Assembly: GCA_965198175.1 (NCBI GenBank)
Contig: OZ240245.1
Span: forward strand, 4,640,001 to 4,704,000
Direction: 5' to 3'
Source: Candidatus Poribacteria bacterium
GTDB lineage: Bacteria; Poribacteria; WGA-4E; PCPOR2b
DNA: 64,000 bases
The notes under the pieces were generated by a model. That model saw only the letters and a program-made list of their open reading frames with translations, did no database searches and was not told where the DNA came from. Positions 37,915 through 47,805 of this stretch are shown piece after piece (position 1 is the first letter of the stretch; each line of letters begins with the position of its first letter). Made by a program: the position numbers and the translations under genes.

Positions 37915-40234
37915 ACTCTAATCCGAACGTCGGGATAATTGGAAACATACTAATCGCTCTTACCTCTGAAGGCGAACTATCGTGATTCCAAATATAGAGT
38001 AGATAGTTGTAATGCCTCGTAAAATTGATGATATGAAGTTTGAATTTTCCATTCACGCCGAAGGGCGAGATGTCTCTAATCCAGGCAATATCTCCGCGAA
38101 CATATGCTGGATAACGCGACGAATTTTTTCTGCCTTCAATGCTGATAACATTTGAATAGGGATTATCCAGCGAGTCGCGCCCATGATAGACTTTGCCGAC
38201 GACCGGCGTGTACGGTTGACCGCTTGACATGGTCCAGGAGAGTGAGAACCGATTATTCTGGCTCATCTGATAACTGGCAACAAAGTTGAGCGAATGCGGT
38301 CTTGAATATTTGGGTGGATAGATTTCCGAGGCTCGGTTCTCTGTTCTTTCGACCTTGCCATCCTCGTTGAAATCAAATCGTCTTTCAACATTCGAGTATG
38401 AATAGCCGAGCCAGCCTGAAATTTTCCCGGTGGTTTTCTTCAGGAAAAGCTCCAAACCCCAAACACGTCCCGTGCCAGAGATGAACTCATCAAGCACACT
38501 GCCGGGGTCGTTATCAAGATTGCTAGTGAGGACGTTGCTGTAGGGTTTATAGTAGGTCTCAATCGATCCGGTAAACCCTGGATTGAACCATCTTTCGAGT
38601 CCCAAAATGAAATGCTGGTTCTTTATGGCATCAAATTCTTCGGGCACCGGCAGCCAAAAATCGACGATTTGCAGGACCTGATCTTCATCGTTCACAGTGA
38701 AAAGGAACTGACTGAACCGCCCCCAACTTCCCTTGAATGTCAGGTTCTCCGACAACAGGTATTTGAATCCAAGACGCGGATCAAGATAGATGTTATCGTG
38801 CAACTCATATTTGGAACCGCGCAACCCCAGTTGAAGCGAGAGCAGGTCATTGACTTTCCATCTATCCTGAATGAAGGCGTTGAAGATGTAGGCGTCTTGC
38901 GCGATGTCAAAGTAATTGACGTTATCCACATGAAAGTTAAATTCCATGTTCAGTTTCTTTAGCGTGGCTCCCATTTTGAGGGTGTGTTGAGGCGAAAGAT
39001 ACCATGTTAACTGTTCCGAGGCGGAATAGTCCTGAATCTGATTGAATGCCATGGCGACTGTCTCGTCTGCGCTTCCATCGCTGTCGATTTCGGTGACGTT
39101 CAGACCCACGTCAAAATCAAAATTGGAGCGTGTCAGTACAAGTTCTGAGAAGAACTTCGCGTTAGGAACGTACCGCCACTTCAGACTGGGTGCGTTATTC
39201 CCCCAATCCCAGTTGAAATCTACGCTGTCGCCGGAATTCTCCTCATCATTGTAAAAAAATCTTAATACATCGCGCCCATCAAAGGTGGAGAACGTCAACC
39301 TGTTTTCCGCATTTAGATCGCTAAATATTTTGATTTGACCGTCCCAGAAGTAGTATTTCCAGTCTTGATCCTCTCCCCTTGCGCGGTTGAATCGTTCGGC
39401 AATGAGATCAAAATAGGTTCTCCTACCGGAGATAATCCAGGCGCCCTTATAGAAAGGTCCCTCCAGCATCATTTTGCTGCTGAGGAGCGAGATTTCTCCC
39501 TTTCCCCTGATTTGCTTTCCCTCTCTTGATGTAATGTCCAAAATAGATGATAATCTACCGGGATACTCTGCAGGATAGCCGCCAGCTAAGAATTTGGCGT
39601 CGGCAATGGTATCCGCATTGAACGTCGAGAACAGGCCGCCAAGATGATAAGGGTTATAAATCTCCGCACCATCAACCAGTATCAGGTTTTCATCAGGTCT
39701 TCCGCCGCGCACGATTAGCGCAGAGCTGAAGTCACTTTGTGAAGTGACACTCGGGAGTTGTTGTATCGTCCGAAAGACATCGGCTTCAACAAATGACGGA
39801 GTATTGACTATTTCCTCGGAACTGATATTCGTGCGGCTGATTTCCACCTCTTCTTTGAATCGCGTTTTTTCGCCAGTCACCGTTACTTCCTCAAGTTGAA
39901 TCGCTTCCGGCGCGACCTCAACATCAAGTCTCAACTCGCCGCTGGGTAGAACTTCTATTTCCACTTCAGCCCGCTCATATCGCGTCTTTGAAACGATTAA
40001 CTTGTAGTTGCCCGGCGGTATACCGCTAAACACATAATATCCATGCACATCGGATGTTGTGCCAAACTGAGTGTCGCTCAAAATTATCCTAGCATAGGAC
40101 AATGGTGCTCCGGTTACTTTGTCGTGCAGATACCCATTGATACGACCTGACCCTTGAGCGAACAGGAGCGACGGCAATAACGCTATCAGTGTGAGCGTCA
40201 ACACATTGGAGTATCGGTCAAATTTCTGGCGCAT
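37904..40234 (-). CDS. TonB-dependent receptor with carboxypeptidase-regulatory-like domain
   Basis: Signal peptide, LEEVTVT, LIVRGGRPDEN, GGYPAEYPGRLSS, terminal GLEFEF. Confidence 0.92.
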   Translation of the reverse strand: MRQKFDRYSNVLTLTLIALLPSLLFAQGSGRINGYLHDKVTGAPLSYARIILSDTQFGTTSDVHGYYVFSGIPPGNYKLIVSKTRYERAEVEIEVLPSGELRLDVEVAPEAIQLEEVTVTGEKTRFKEEVEISRTNISSEEIVNTPSFVEADVFRTIQQLPSVTSQSDFSSALIVRGGRPDENLILVDGAEIYNPYHLGGLFSTFNADTIADAKFLAGGYPAEYPGRLSSILDITSREGKQIRGKGEISLLSSKMMLEGPFYKGAWIISGRRTYFDLIAERFNRARGEDQDWKYYFWDGQIKIFSDLNAENRLTFSTFDGRDVLRFFYNDEENSGDSVDFNWDWGNNAPSLKWRYVPNAKFFSELVLTRSNFDFDVGLNVTEIDSDGSADETVAMAFNQIQDYSASEQLTWYLSPQHTLKMGATLKKLNMEFNFHVDNVNYFDIAQDAYIFNAFIQDRWKVNDLLSLQLGLRGSKYELHDNIYLDPRLGFKYLLSENLTFKGSWGRFSQFLFTVNDEDQVLQIVDFWLPVPEEFDAIKNQHFILGLERWFNPGFTGSIETYYKPYSNVLTSNLDNDPGSVLDEFISGTGRVWGLELFLKKTTGKISGWLGYSYSNVERRFDFNEDGKVERTENRASEIYPPKYSRPHSLNFVASYQMSQNNRFSLSWTMSSGQPYTPVVGKVYHGRDSLDNPYSNVISIEGRKNSSRYPAYVRGDIAWIRDISPFGVNGKFKLHIINFTRHYNYLLYIWNHDSSPSEVRAISMFPIIPTFGLEFEF

Positions 40235-40267
40235 TAGTCTCTTTCCTTCGGGACCATAATTTCTTGG

Positions 40268-40296
40268 ATTGTAGCCTAAAGTAACTCAGATGTCAA
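40268..40296 (-). promoter_or_regulatory. sigma70 promoter for TonB receptor
   Basis: TTGACA-17nt-TACAAT. Confidence 0.7.
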
Positions 40297-40372
40297 GTGC
40301 CTTCTGGAGACCCTTGGGCAATCGCAAGCTTGTTAAGGGGAAATCGGTTCGTAAGTGGAGGCTTACGACGTA

Positions 40373-40401
40373 TTGACAAATGTTCTCAGATATGCTATTC
40401 T
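40373..40401 (+). promoter_or_regulatory. sigma70 promoter candidate (divergent)
   Basis: TTGACA-17nt-TATTCT with TG extension. Confidence 0.55.
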
Positions 40402-40802
40402 TGTTGGTGGATCATAAATAGCAATTTAAATGCCAAAACCAAATCTCAGCCTGGGCTAGGATATAGAAGGTTGGGCTGAACGAAAGTGAAACTCAACGCC
40501 TTAATCACAATCTGCAAAATCGCTATAGAGTTAGAATTACACCGGTGTAAACTACACATGGCTCCGAAGCGCATAGACACTAGATCAAAACATCAAAAAA
40601 AAACGAACTGATGTAACGTGTAATTCAAGGATCGCCGGATCCGCTCCGGAACTAGCGTACAGCGATTCGCGAATTACACCGATGTAATTTTAGCTATCAG
40701 CGGTGTAGGTTGGCGTGCTTTTGTCGTACAGTTTGCCGCGAAGCCAATCCACATTCGCAGTTCGAGACTGAATGAACATGACGGGGGTTGAAACTACATC
40801 TC

Positions 40803-42185
40803 ATGACCAAATCCGACCCGAAAAACTTGCCCGCCGCGATGGGCGGAACACCCATCTTTGAATCAGCGTCCACCTCGGCTTATCCGAAAGTTGAACAGTG
40901 GCGACAGATCACTGAAGCTGAAGCGCAAATCGCCTATGAAATGACGCTGCGCAACGAGCTTTCCGGCGCATCTCCGGTGGTTCAGGCGTTTGAGCAGATG
41001 TGGCGTGAACGGCATCACACCGAATTTGCGATAAGTCTTATCAACGGTACCGCAGCAATTCACAGCGCCATGTTCGGTCTCGGGGTTGGTCCAGGCGACG
41101 AAGTCATCTGCCCGACCTATACGTGGATATGTTCGATCACGCCTGCACTGATGCTGATGGCGAAGCCGGTCTTTTGCGAGATTGACCCGCGAACCTTGCT
41201 GATTGACGTGGCGGATGTTCGCCGGCGCGTCACCGAGCGGACGAAAGCGATTGTGGCTGTCCATCTGTGGGGGAACGTCTGTGATATGGATGCGCTGATG
41301 GCGCTGAGCGATGAGACCGGGGTCCCAGTGATAGAGGATTGTTCGCACGCACATGGCGCGAACTACAAAGGCGAGCCGTGCGGAAGCATCGGACACGTCG
41401 GCGCCTGGAGTCTACAGGGTAGCAAACCGGTGAGCGCCGGCGAAGGCGGTGTGTTGGCGACCAACGACCCCGCGGTGTTTGAGCGTGCCTGTCTACTTGG
41501 TCAGGTGAACCGTTCCGTCAAAATTGAGGGAGGAAACCCCAAATATAAGCATCTTCCCCCGATGGGGCTTGGAGTGAAATATCGCGCGCACCCGATCGCT
41601 ATCGGTATCGCATCGGTGCAGATGGAGAAACTGGATGCACTGAACGCGAAGCGCCGCGCCTACATTCAAGAGGTGTCAAACGGATTGAAATCAGTTCCGG
41701 GGGTGAGCGCTATTGAGACGTACGCGGGGACAGAACCGGCGGGTTTCTTTGGCTTCCCGATTCATTACGACCCAGCGGAGATGAGCGGGTTACCGGCACC
41801 TGTCTTTGCAGATGCGCTCCGAAAAGAGGGGGTTCTTGCGAACAATAACCCATATCCACTGTTGGTCGGCGATGGGGTGCCAATCTTCTCAGGAAGTTTG
41901 CCAACCAACGACAATCCGTATCCGCTGCTTCACAACCTGCCGCTGTTTACGGAAGGGCTCGATATTTATACGGAGGGACGTGGTCCATTGTGTACGCCTG
42001 AAATGGGTGGAGATTACCGCGGCTATGCCAACGGGGATTTGCCTGTAAGCGAAGAAGCCTGCTCACGTTTGGTGTTCCTGCCGGTTTTGACTGATCCGAT
42101 TCCCCACGCCGCGGAGCGCGTCATCGCGGCCATCCGTAAAGTTGCGCTTCATGCCGAAATGCTCGCAAAATGTAATGCGGCTTGA
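40803..42185 (+). CDS. DegT/DnrJ/EryC1/StrS PLP aminotransferase
   Basis: NGTAAIH, GVGPGDEVICP, VHLWG, IEDCSHAHG, SLQGSKPVSAGEGG. Confidence 0.92.
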   Translation: MTKSDPKNLPAAMGGTPIFESASTSAYPKVEQWRQITEAEAQIAYEMTLRNELSGASPVVQAFEQMWRERHHTEFAISLINGTAAIHSAMFGLGVGPGDEVICPTYTWICSITPALMLMAKPVFCEIDPRTLLIDVADVRRRVTERTKAIVAVHLWGNVCDMDALMALSDETGVPVIEDCSHAHGANYKGEPCGSIGHVGAWSLQGSKPVSAGEGGVLATNDPAVFERACLLGQVNRSVKIEGGNPKYKHLPPMGLGVKYRAHPIAIGIASVQMEKLDALNAKRRAYIQEVSNGLKSVPGVSAIETYAGTEPAGFFGFPIHYDPAEMSGLPAPVFADALRKEGVLANNNPYPLLVGDGVPIFSGSLPTNDNPYPLLHNLPLFTEGLDIYTEGRGPLCTPEMGGDYRGYANGDLPVSEEACSRLVFLPVLTDPIPHAAERVIAAIRKVALHAEMLAKCNAA

Positions 42186-42186
42186 C

Positions 42187-43842
42187 ATGTCGACCGAATT
42201 TTCAGCCCGAACTCGGGCTCACAACATCAAACGCTTAACAAGCGAGCCGCTTGACATCTTGGTCATCGGCGGCGGAATCGTGGGTGCGGGTCTGATTCGC
42301 GACCTCGCTTTAAACGGGCATTTCAAGGCAGGATTGATTGAAAAGGGCGACTTTGCCAGCGGTACAAGCAGCGCAACTTCCCAACTGGTCCATGGCGGGT
42401 TTCGATACCTCATCAAGCGGGACTTTGCGCTGATAAAGGAAGCGCGGCGCGAGCGAGAGATTCTACTGCGTATCGCGCCGAATCTCGTCAAGCCGATACC
42501 GATTGCCATCCTCAATTATAAGGGGGATCCGTATCCGCTCTCCGGTATGCAGATCGCGGCGCGGTATTATAATCATCTCTCTAAATCTGATGAGGCTGAG
42601 CGGGCGTGCACATTCCGTGATTTGGCGCAGATCCGGCGTTTGGTCGGACCCATTGAGACGAACTCGTTAAAAGGGTGCGTCGTCGTTTGGGATAGCATGG
42701 TCGATGATGCACGATTAACCCTGCTGACCCTTAAGGATGCGCATCAGCACGGGGCGGTTATCACCAACTACGTTCGCTTTCTCGAATCCGTTGCTCAGCC
42801 CAATACGTCCAGCGACAGACATACCGTGCAAGTTGAAGATGCTATCTCCGGCGAACAGTTTGAGATTGTCGCGCGGAAGATTGTGTCGGCAACGGGTCCC
42901 TGGACAGACCAGCTCTGGGCGAAGGATTCTACTTACAACGGTGTGCCGAGGTTGACAACCCAGAAGGCGAAGGGGATTCACATCCTATTGCCCCGCTTGA
43001 ACCCAAACCACTACGGCATCGCTACGTTTACACGGTCGGAAAAGCGACAGAATGAGAAGCCTCGCATTGTCTTTACCCTTTCCTACGACGCGAATTTGTC
43101 TGCGGTTGGCACCACTGAATCTGAACCTGGGGAAAATCTTGACTCGGTTCGTCCCTCTAGTGATGAAGTGGACTATCTGCTGTCAGAAACGGCTCGAGTT
43201 TTTCCAACGGCAACCTTAAACCGCGGGGACATTGTTTCAGCGTATGCGGGAGTGCGTCCTCTCATTGCCTCGAAAAACGGCGATTTTGTCTCACGGGAAC
43301 ACTTGATTGCCGAGAGCAGTAGTGGCGTGATGTATATCTACGGCGGAAAATTGACCACGCACCGACAGATTGCTGAAGAAGCTGTCAACCGTATAGCGGA
43401 AGAACTTCAGCGTCCACGTCGCTGCAAAACTGGAACGCACCCGTTGCGAAATGGTGAGGGGGTGGCGCGGAAGACTGGCGCGCTTACGGATGCCGACCGG
43501 GAACGGATCATCCACCGCTATGATGCGGAAGCGGACGTAATTCAGACTTTCATAGACCAGGACCCAACACTTGCAGAACCGATGACGGAATCGTCGGTGT
43601 TCTTGAAGGCAGAGGTGCTCTATGCCTTTTGGGGAGAAATGGCGATGACACTCGACGACCTGCTCTGGCGGCGGATGCGCATCGGTCTGACGGCAGGACA
43701 AGGCATTGATGTCGCACCGAAAATCGCCCAGTTTCTCGTTGAGAGAGGGCATTGGGACGAGACTAGGGGCGCCGCTGAAGTAGACGGCTATACGCAGCAC
43801 ATCCTGGAGTTGAACGCTGAATTAAAAGAGGGCGAACTGTGA
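42187..43842 (+). CDS. glpD: FAD-dependent glycerol-3-phosphate dehydrogenase
   Basis: DILVIGGGIVG, DFASGTSS, LVHGGFRYL, DDARL, ATGPW, YAGVRPL, GGKLTT. Confidence 0.88.
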   Translation: MSTEFSARTRAHNIKRLTSEPLDILVIGGGIVGAGLIRDLALNGHFKAGLIEKGDFASGTSSATSQLVHGGFRYLIKRDFALIKEARREREILLRIAPNLVKPIPIAILNYKGDPYPLSGMQIAARYYNHLSKSDEAERACTFRDLAQIRRLVGPIETNSLKGCVVVWDSMVDDARLTLLTLKDAHQHGAVITNYVRFLESVAQPNTSSDRHTVQVEDAISGEQFEIVARKIVSATGPWTDQLWAKDSTYNGVPRLTTQKAKGIHILLPRLNPNHYGIATFTRSEKRQNEKPRIVFTLSYDANLSAVGTTESEPGENLDSVRPSSDEVDYLLSETARVFPTATLNRGDIVSAYAGVRPLIASKNGDFVSREHLIAESSSGVMYIYGGKLTTHRQIAEEAVNRIAEELQRPRRCKTGTHPLRNGEGVARKTGALTDADRERIIHRYDAEADVIQTFIDQDPTLAEPMTESSVFLKAEVLYAFWGEMAMTLDDLLWRRMRIGLTAGQGIDVAPKIAQFLVERGHWDETRGAAEVDGYTQHILELNAELKEGEL

Positions 43843-43874
43843 TTTTGTTGAAGAGATTTCCTTTTCAAATATCC

Positions 43875-43903
43875 TTGTCACGTCATCTAGGCTGTGGTAT
43901 AAT
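43875..43903 (+). promoter_or_regulatory. sigma70 promoter
   Basis: TTGTCA-17nt-TATAAT with extended -10 TG. Confidence 0.7.
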
Positions 43904-43952
43904 TTGATGGAGAATGCCAGAGTAATCGGTTGCGTCTAAGGAGAGATGGAAA

Positions 43953-45194
43953 ATGGCGTATGTAATTTGTGAGCCCTGTATTGATGTCATGGATACGGCT
44001 TGTGTTGACGTATGTCCTGTGGACTGTATTCATACCACCGAAGGGGAGAAACAACTCTATATTAATCCCGCCGAGTGTATTGACTGCGGTGCATGTGAGC
44101 CCGCATGCCCTGTCACCGCGATATTTATGATTGATGAGGTGCCCGCTGAATGGACATCCTACAATGAATTAAACATGAACTTTTTTGAGACATTTGTTAA
44201 ACCGGGGGCGGGCGAAGGAGAAGGGCACGGCGGAACAGCACAAGGGCAAGAAGATAAAACGTTTAGAGCTTCCGATGTTGAAGAGTTTGTTCAAATGCTC
44301 GATTCACCGAAATCATCGATTCGCGCTCCTTTGCGCATGCATGTCATGTTTTCGCAACCTTTGTTGGGAGCGTTATCGGCGAAATTCAAGAGTGACTTGG
44401 AGAAGTTGGCGTCCAACCCGAAGGTGTTCAGTGCGTCGGTTTCAACGGGGATCAACAGCTTGATTAATCTGGCGATTTACCCGCTTGCGCTTTTTATTGT
44501 TGGCGCAACGATCTGGGGCATTGACCTTTTTACAAGCAGAGGGAACTTGTTTATTTTGCTTGGCGTCGCCCTCGCAATTGGGGAAGGGATGTATCGCTTC
44601 AAGGATGTACTTGTTGCGACTGCGAGCGAGGACGAGCCGTGGTATGGCGCCGCATGGTACGGTTGGCTCCCGTCGTTTATTGCGAGTCCATTGTTATCAT
44701 GGCTGCGTCCCGTGATTTCCGTTGAACCTGATGCGCCGCGTTCAAGCCTACCGGGGGCGGTTCTTACGGATGGTAACATCTACGCTGAAGACACGCGAGA
44801 ACGCTATCGTCGCTACGGCATGCTGCATCGATTCAAAGCGTCAGCAGATCGGTATGTTATCGAGGTTGAGTTCCCGCGGTGGGTACCCGATTGTGAATCC
44901 AAGAAGGAGCATAATCTACCGGATTTGATGCCTGATTATGCATATCAGGTCCATCTAGAAGGGAATATCCTGACTGTCGAAGCGAAACTGGAGGATCCTC
45001 GATTTACGGAGGTTCTTGGTCGGGCAAGTTCATTTCCCAACGGATTCAGGAACGCCTTTCAGATTGAGGGGAATCCTGAAAACTTCCGGGATACGTATCG
45101 CGATAAGCTACTTGAAATTATCGTTCCGAAGTCAGGGAAAGTTGAAGATTTGCCGATTGAACATGAAGTTCACTATGCGAAATTAAAGGGTTAG
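43953..45194 (+). CDS. FdxA-type ferredoxin fused to membrane segment and Hsp20-like C-terminal domain
   Basis: [21 protein letters not shown]...[12 protein letters not shown]; 2-3 hydrophobic segments; C-terminal YVIEVEFP...[10 protein letters not shown]...[12 protein letters not shown]. Confidence 0.75.
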   Translation: MAYVICEPCIDVMDTACVDVCPVDCIHTTEGEKQLYINPAECIDCGACEPACPVTAIFMIDEVPAEWTSYNELNMNFFETFVKPGAGEGEGHGGTAQGQEDKTFRASDVEEFVQMLDSPKSSIRAPLRMHVMFSQPLLGALSAKFKSDLEKLASNPKVFSASVSTGINSLINLAIYPLALFIVGATIWGIDLFTSRGNLFILLGVALAIGEGMYRFKDVLVATASEDEPWYGAAWYGWLPSFIASPLLSWLRPVISVEPDAPRSSLPGAVLTDGNIYAEDTRERYRRYGMLHRFKASADRYVIEVEFPRWVPDCESKKEHNLPDLMPDYAYQVHLEGNILTVEAKLEDPRFTEVLGRASSFPNGFRNAFQIEGNPENFRDTYRDKLLEIIVPKSGKVEDLPIEHEVHYAKLKG

Positions 45195-45215
45195 TTTGAA
45201 ACCGATTTTAACCGG

Positions 45216-45259
45216 AATGCGGAATCTAGGGTACGCCCTGGATTCCGCATTTTTATTTT
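45216..45259 (+). terminator. intrinsic terminator
   Basis: AATGCGGAATCTAGGG-TACG-CCCTGGATTCCGCATT followed by a T-rich tail. Confidence 0.8.
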
Positions 45260-45296
45260 AAGTCGTAGGCATTATTAAGTCGAGCCACAACTTGAG

Positions 45297-46664
45297 ATGT
45301 TGGACAAGCAGACACTTATAGATTGGGACAGACGTTATCTTTGGCACCCCTTCACCCAAATGCAAGATTGGCTGGCGGAAGAGCCGGTCATCATCGAGCG
45401 AGGAGAAGGGGTCTTCCTAATTGATACGGAAGGCAATCGCTACATTGATGGAGTTGCTTCGATGTGGACGAATGTCCACGGTCATAACCGGCAAGAAATC
45501 AACGATGCAATCAAAGCACAAATAGATAAGATTGCACACACCACGCTGTTAGGGTACTCCAACATCCCCGCCATTAAATTGGCAAAAAAATTAGTGGAGA
45601 TTACGCCGCAGGGTTTAGAAAAGGTCTTCTATTCGGATAATGGCGCCACATCGGTAGAGATTGCCTTAAAGATTGCGTATCAATACTGGCGGCACAAGGG
45701 TGAGCCTGAGCGCAAGATATTCGTGAATTTGGATAGCGCGTACCACGGTGACACCGTGGGCGCAATGAGTGTTGGCTGTATTGATGTGTTCCACCGCACG
45801 TTTGATGGTCTTCTTTTTGAAACGGTTCGTATTCCGGCGCCGTATGCCTATCGATCTCCGGTCGGAGACCAGCCTGAAGCCGTGAGAGACTATTGCCTGC
45901 GTGAACTGAGGAAAGTCTTACATGAATATGATCGACAGGTTGCCGGGATAATTATAGAGCCGTTGATCCAAGGCGCCGGTGGCATGATTACCGCGCCTGA
46001 GGGGTTTCTGAAGGGTGTGGAAGCGCTGGCAAGGAAATCCAACACGCTACTCATTCTGGATGAAGTGATGACCGGCATTGGACGCACAGGGCGGATGTGG
46101 GCGTGCGAACATGAAGATGTCGTCCCAGATATTCTTTGTACAGCGAAAGGGTTGTCGGCAGGATATCTCCCTTTGGCAGCAACCCTCACAACCGATGAGA
46201 TTTACAACGCCTTCCTTGGAGCGTACAAAGATCTCAAGACCTTCTTTCACGGACATACGTTCACCGGTAACCAATTGGGGTGCGCCGCCGCGTACGCCAA
46301 CATAGAGATTTTTGAAAAAGAGGGTCTTCTCGAAAAAATACAGCGCACGATTGTACACTTCAAGAGTCGTCTCAAGGAATTTTACAGCCTTGACCATGTC
46401 GGAGATGTTCGTATTTGTGGGTTGGTTGCCGGCGTAGAGTTGGTGCGAGATAAAGAGACAAAGGAAGCGTACGCACTCGAAGAAAAGGTAGGCGCTCAAG
46501 TTTGCAAAGAAGCGTTGAATCGCGGCGTGATGCTTCGTCCAATCGTCAATACGATTGTGCTGATTCCCCCCTTGCAAATCTCCATTTCCGAACTGGATCA
46601 ACTTCTCAACGTCGTGTACACATCGATCGAAAATGTGACGAGTGGATCTCTCCTGGGCTGTTGA
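45297..46664 (+). CDS. bioA: adenosylmethionine-8-amino-7-oxononanoate aminotransferase
   Basis: LWHPFTQM, YHGDT, EPLIQGAGGM, DEVMTG, AKGL, FFHGHTFTGN. Confidence 0.95.
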   Translation: MLDKQTLIDWDRRYLWHPFTQMQDWLAEEPVIIERGEGVFLIDTEGNRYIDGVASMWTNVHGHNRQEINDAIKAQIDKIAHTTLLGYSNIPAIKLAKKLVEITPQGLEKVFYSDNGATSVEIALKIAYQYWRHKGEPERKIFVNLDSAYHGDTVGAMSVGCIDVFHRTFDGLLFETVRIPAPYAYRSPVGDQPEAVRDYCLRELRKVLHEYDRQVAGIIIEPLIQGAGGMITAPEGFLKGVEALARKSNTLLILDEVMTGIGRTGRMWACEHEDVVPDILCTAKGLSAGYLPLAATLTTDEIYNAFLGAYKDLKTFFHGHTFTGNQLGCAAAYANIEIFEKEGLLEKIQRTIVHFKSRLKEFYSLDHVGDVRICGLVAGVELVRDKETKEAYALEEKVGAQVCKEALNRGVMLRPIVNTIVLIPPLQISISELDQLLNVVYTSIENVTSGSLLGC

Positions 46665-46767
46665 GTTTTTTCAACATCAGAGCCACCGAAGAAGGGCAAT
46701 CGGGACATCGAAGTGGGTGTATTCCTTGAAAATGCGCATATCTGGACCTCCTTCAACCATTTTTTGA

Positions 46768-47736
46768 TTAAGGTTGGTTCAGTAGCATTAACTCCTGCGG
46801 GTGTGGGTCGAGATAAACCTGTTCTCGGAGGTATGCCACATCCAACTTGCGAACATAGTGACGAATGAGCGTTATCGGGACAATCAGCGGCAGGAGTTGC
46901 TGTCGGTAACGGTGAATCAAGCCCGTGAGTTCTTGTCGGTCATCAGGGGTAAGTTCTTTTGAGAAATACCCCGCCAAATTCTGTAAGACGTTCGTGTGAT
47001 TACGAAGTGTCGGTGTACGCCGCATGACGTTGGAGAATCCTTCCAGGTAAGCGGCTGCCAGTGCACCATCATCGGAGGATTGCTGCGGCGTCCCCAGTAA
47101 ACGTCCTAATCGCCGGGTGCCGGTCTGGTTGTGAGCCATCAGCAGAAATTTATGACGCTCGTGGAATCGCGTCAGCGCCGTTCGGGTAACCCCGTTTTCC
47201 GTCGCCAGTTGCCAGCGCTGATAAGCGAAAACGCGGCTGATAAAATTCTCTCGCAGACGTGCGTCCTGCAGCCGTCCCTCCTCTTCAACCGGCAGGTGTG
47301 GGAACAACTTCATCAGTGCGCCAGCAAACAGACCTGTACCGGTACGGTTAGCGATACCTGAAGGCTGATACACCCGCACCCGCTCCATACCGCAACTAGG
47401 GGAATGTTTCTTGAGTACATAGCCGCACAAGTTTTCCCTTCCCAATTCTTCGACCCGTTTTGCAGCGTAGTTCCGCATCCGTTCGGTGTGGTCAACACCG
47501 CTCTTGAACATCAGAAACCGAATATCGTCCCCTTGCTGGACTAATCGAATCGGTTCACGTGGCGTTCCCAACCCCGTCTCCACTTCAGGGCATACCGGCA
47601 CCCACTCTACATAACGCCCGAAGACATCCACAAGAAAAGTATCGCGCTTGTGTCCGCCATCGAACCGTACTTTTTCACCCAGCAGGCAAGTAGACACGCC
47701 GATGCGGACAGGAGGGTAGATATTCTGGTCGTTCAC
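46768..47736 (-). CDS. DUF523 + DUF1722 (YbgA-like) protein
   Basis: IGVSTCLLGEKVRFDGGH, VCPEV, SPSCG, VEEEGRL, FHERHKFLLMAH. Confidence 0.9.
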   Translation of the reverse strand: MNDQNIYPPVRIGVSTCLLGEKVRFDGGHKRDTFLVDVFGRYVEWVPVCPEVETGLGTPREPIRLVQQGDDIRFLMFKSGVDHTERMRNYAAKRVEELGRENLCGYVLKKHSPSCGMERVRVYQPSGIANRTGTGLFAGALMKLFPHLPVEEEGRLQDARLRENFISRVFAYQRWQLATENGVTRTALTRFHERHKFLLMAHNQTGTRRLGRLLGTPQQSSDDGALAAAYLEGFSNVMRRTPTLRNHTNVLQNLAGYFSKELTPDDRQELTGLIHRYRQQLLPLIVPITLIRHYVRKLDVAYLREQVYLDPHPQELMLLNQP

Positions 47737-47805
47737 GTTAATCAGATGCCCCGATAAGCGGCGGTTTCTGGATAACTGTATGAATCAGGCATCCGCAGGA
47801 GAGGA

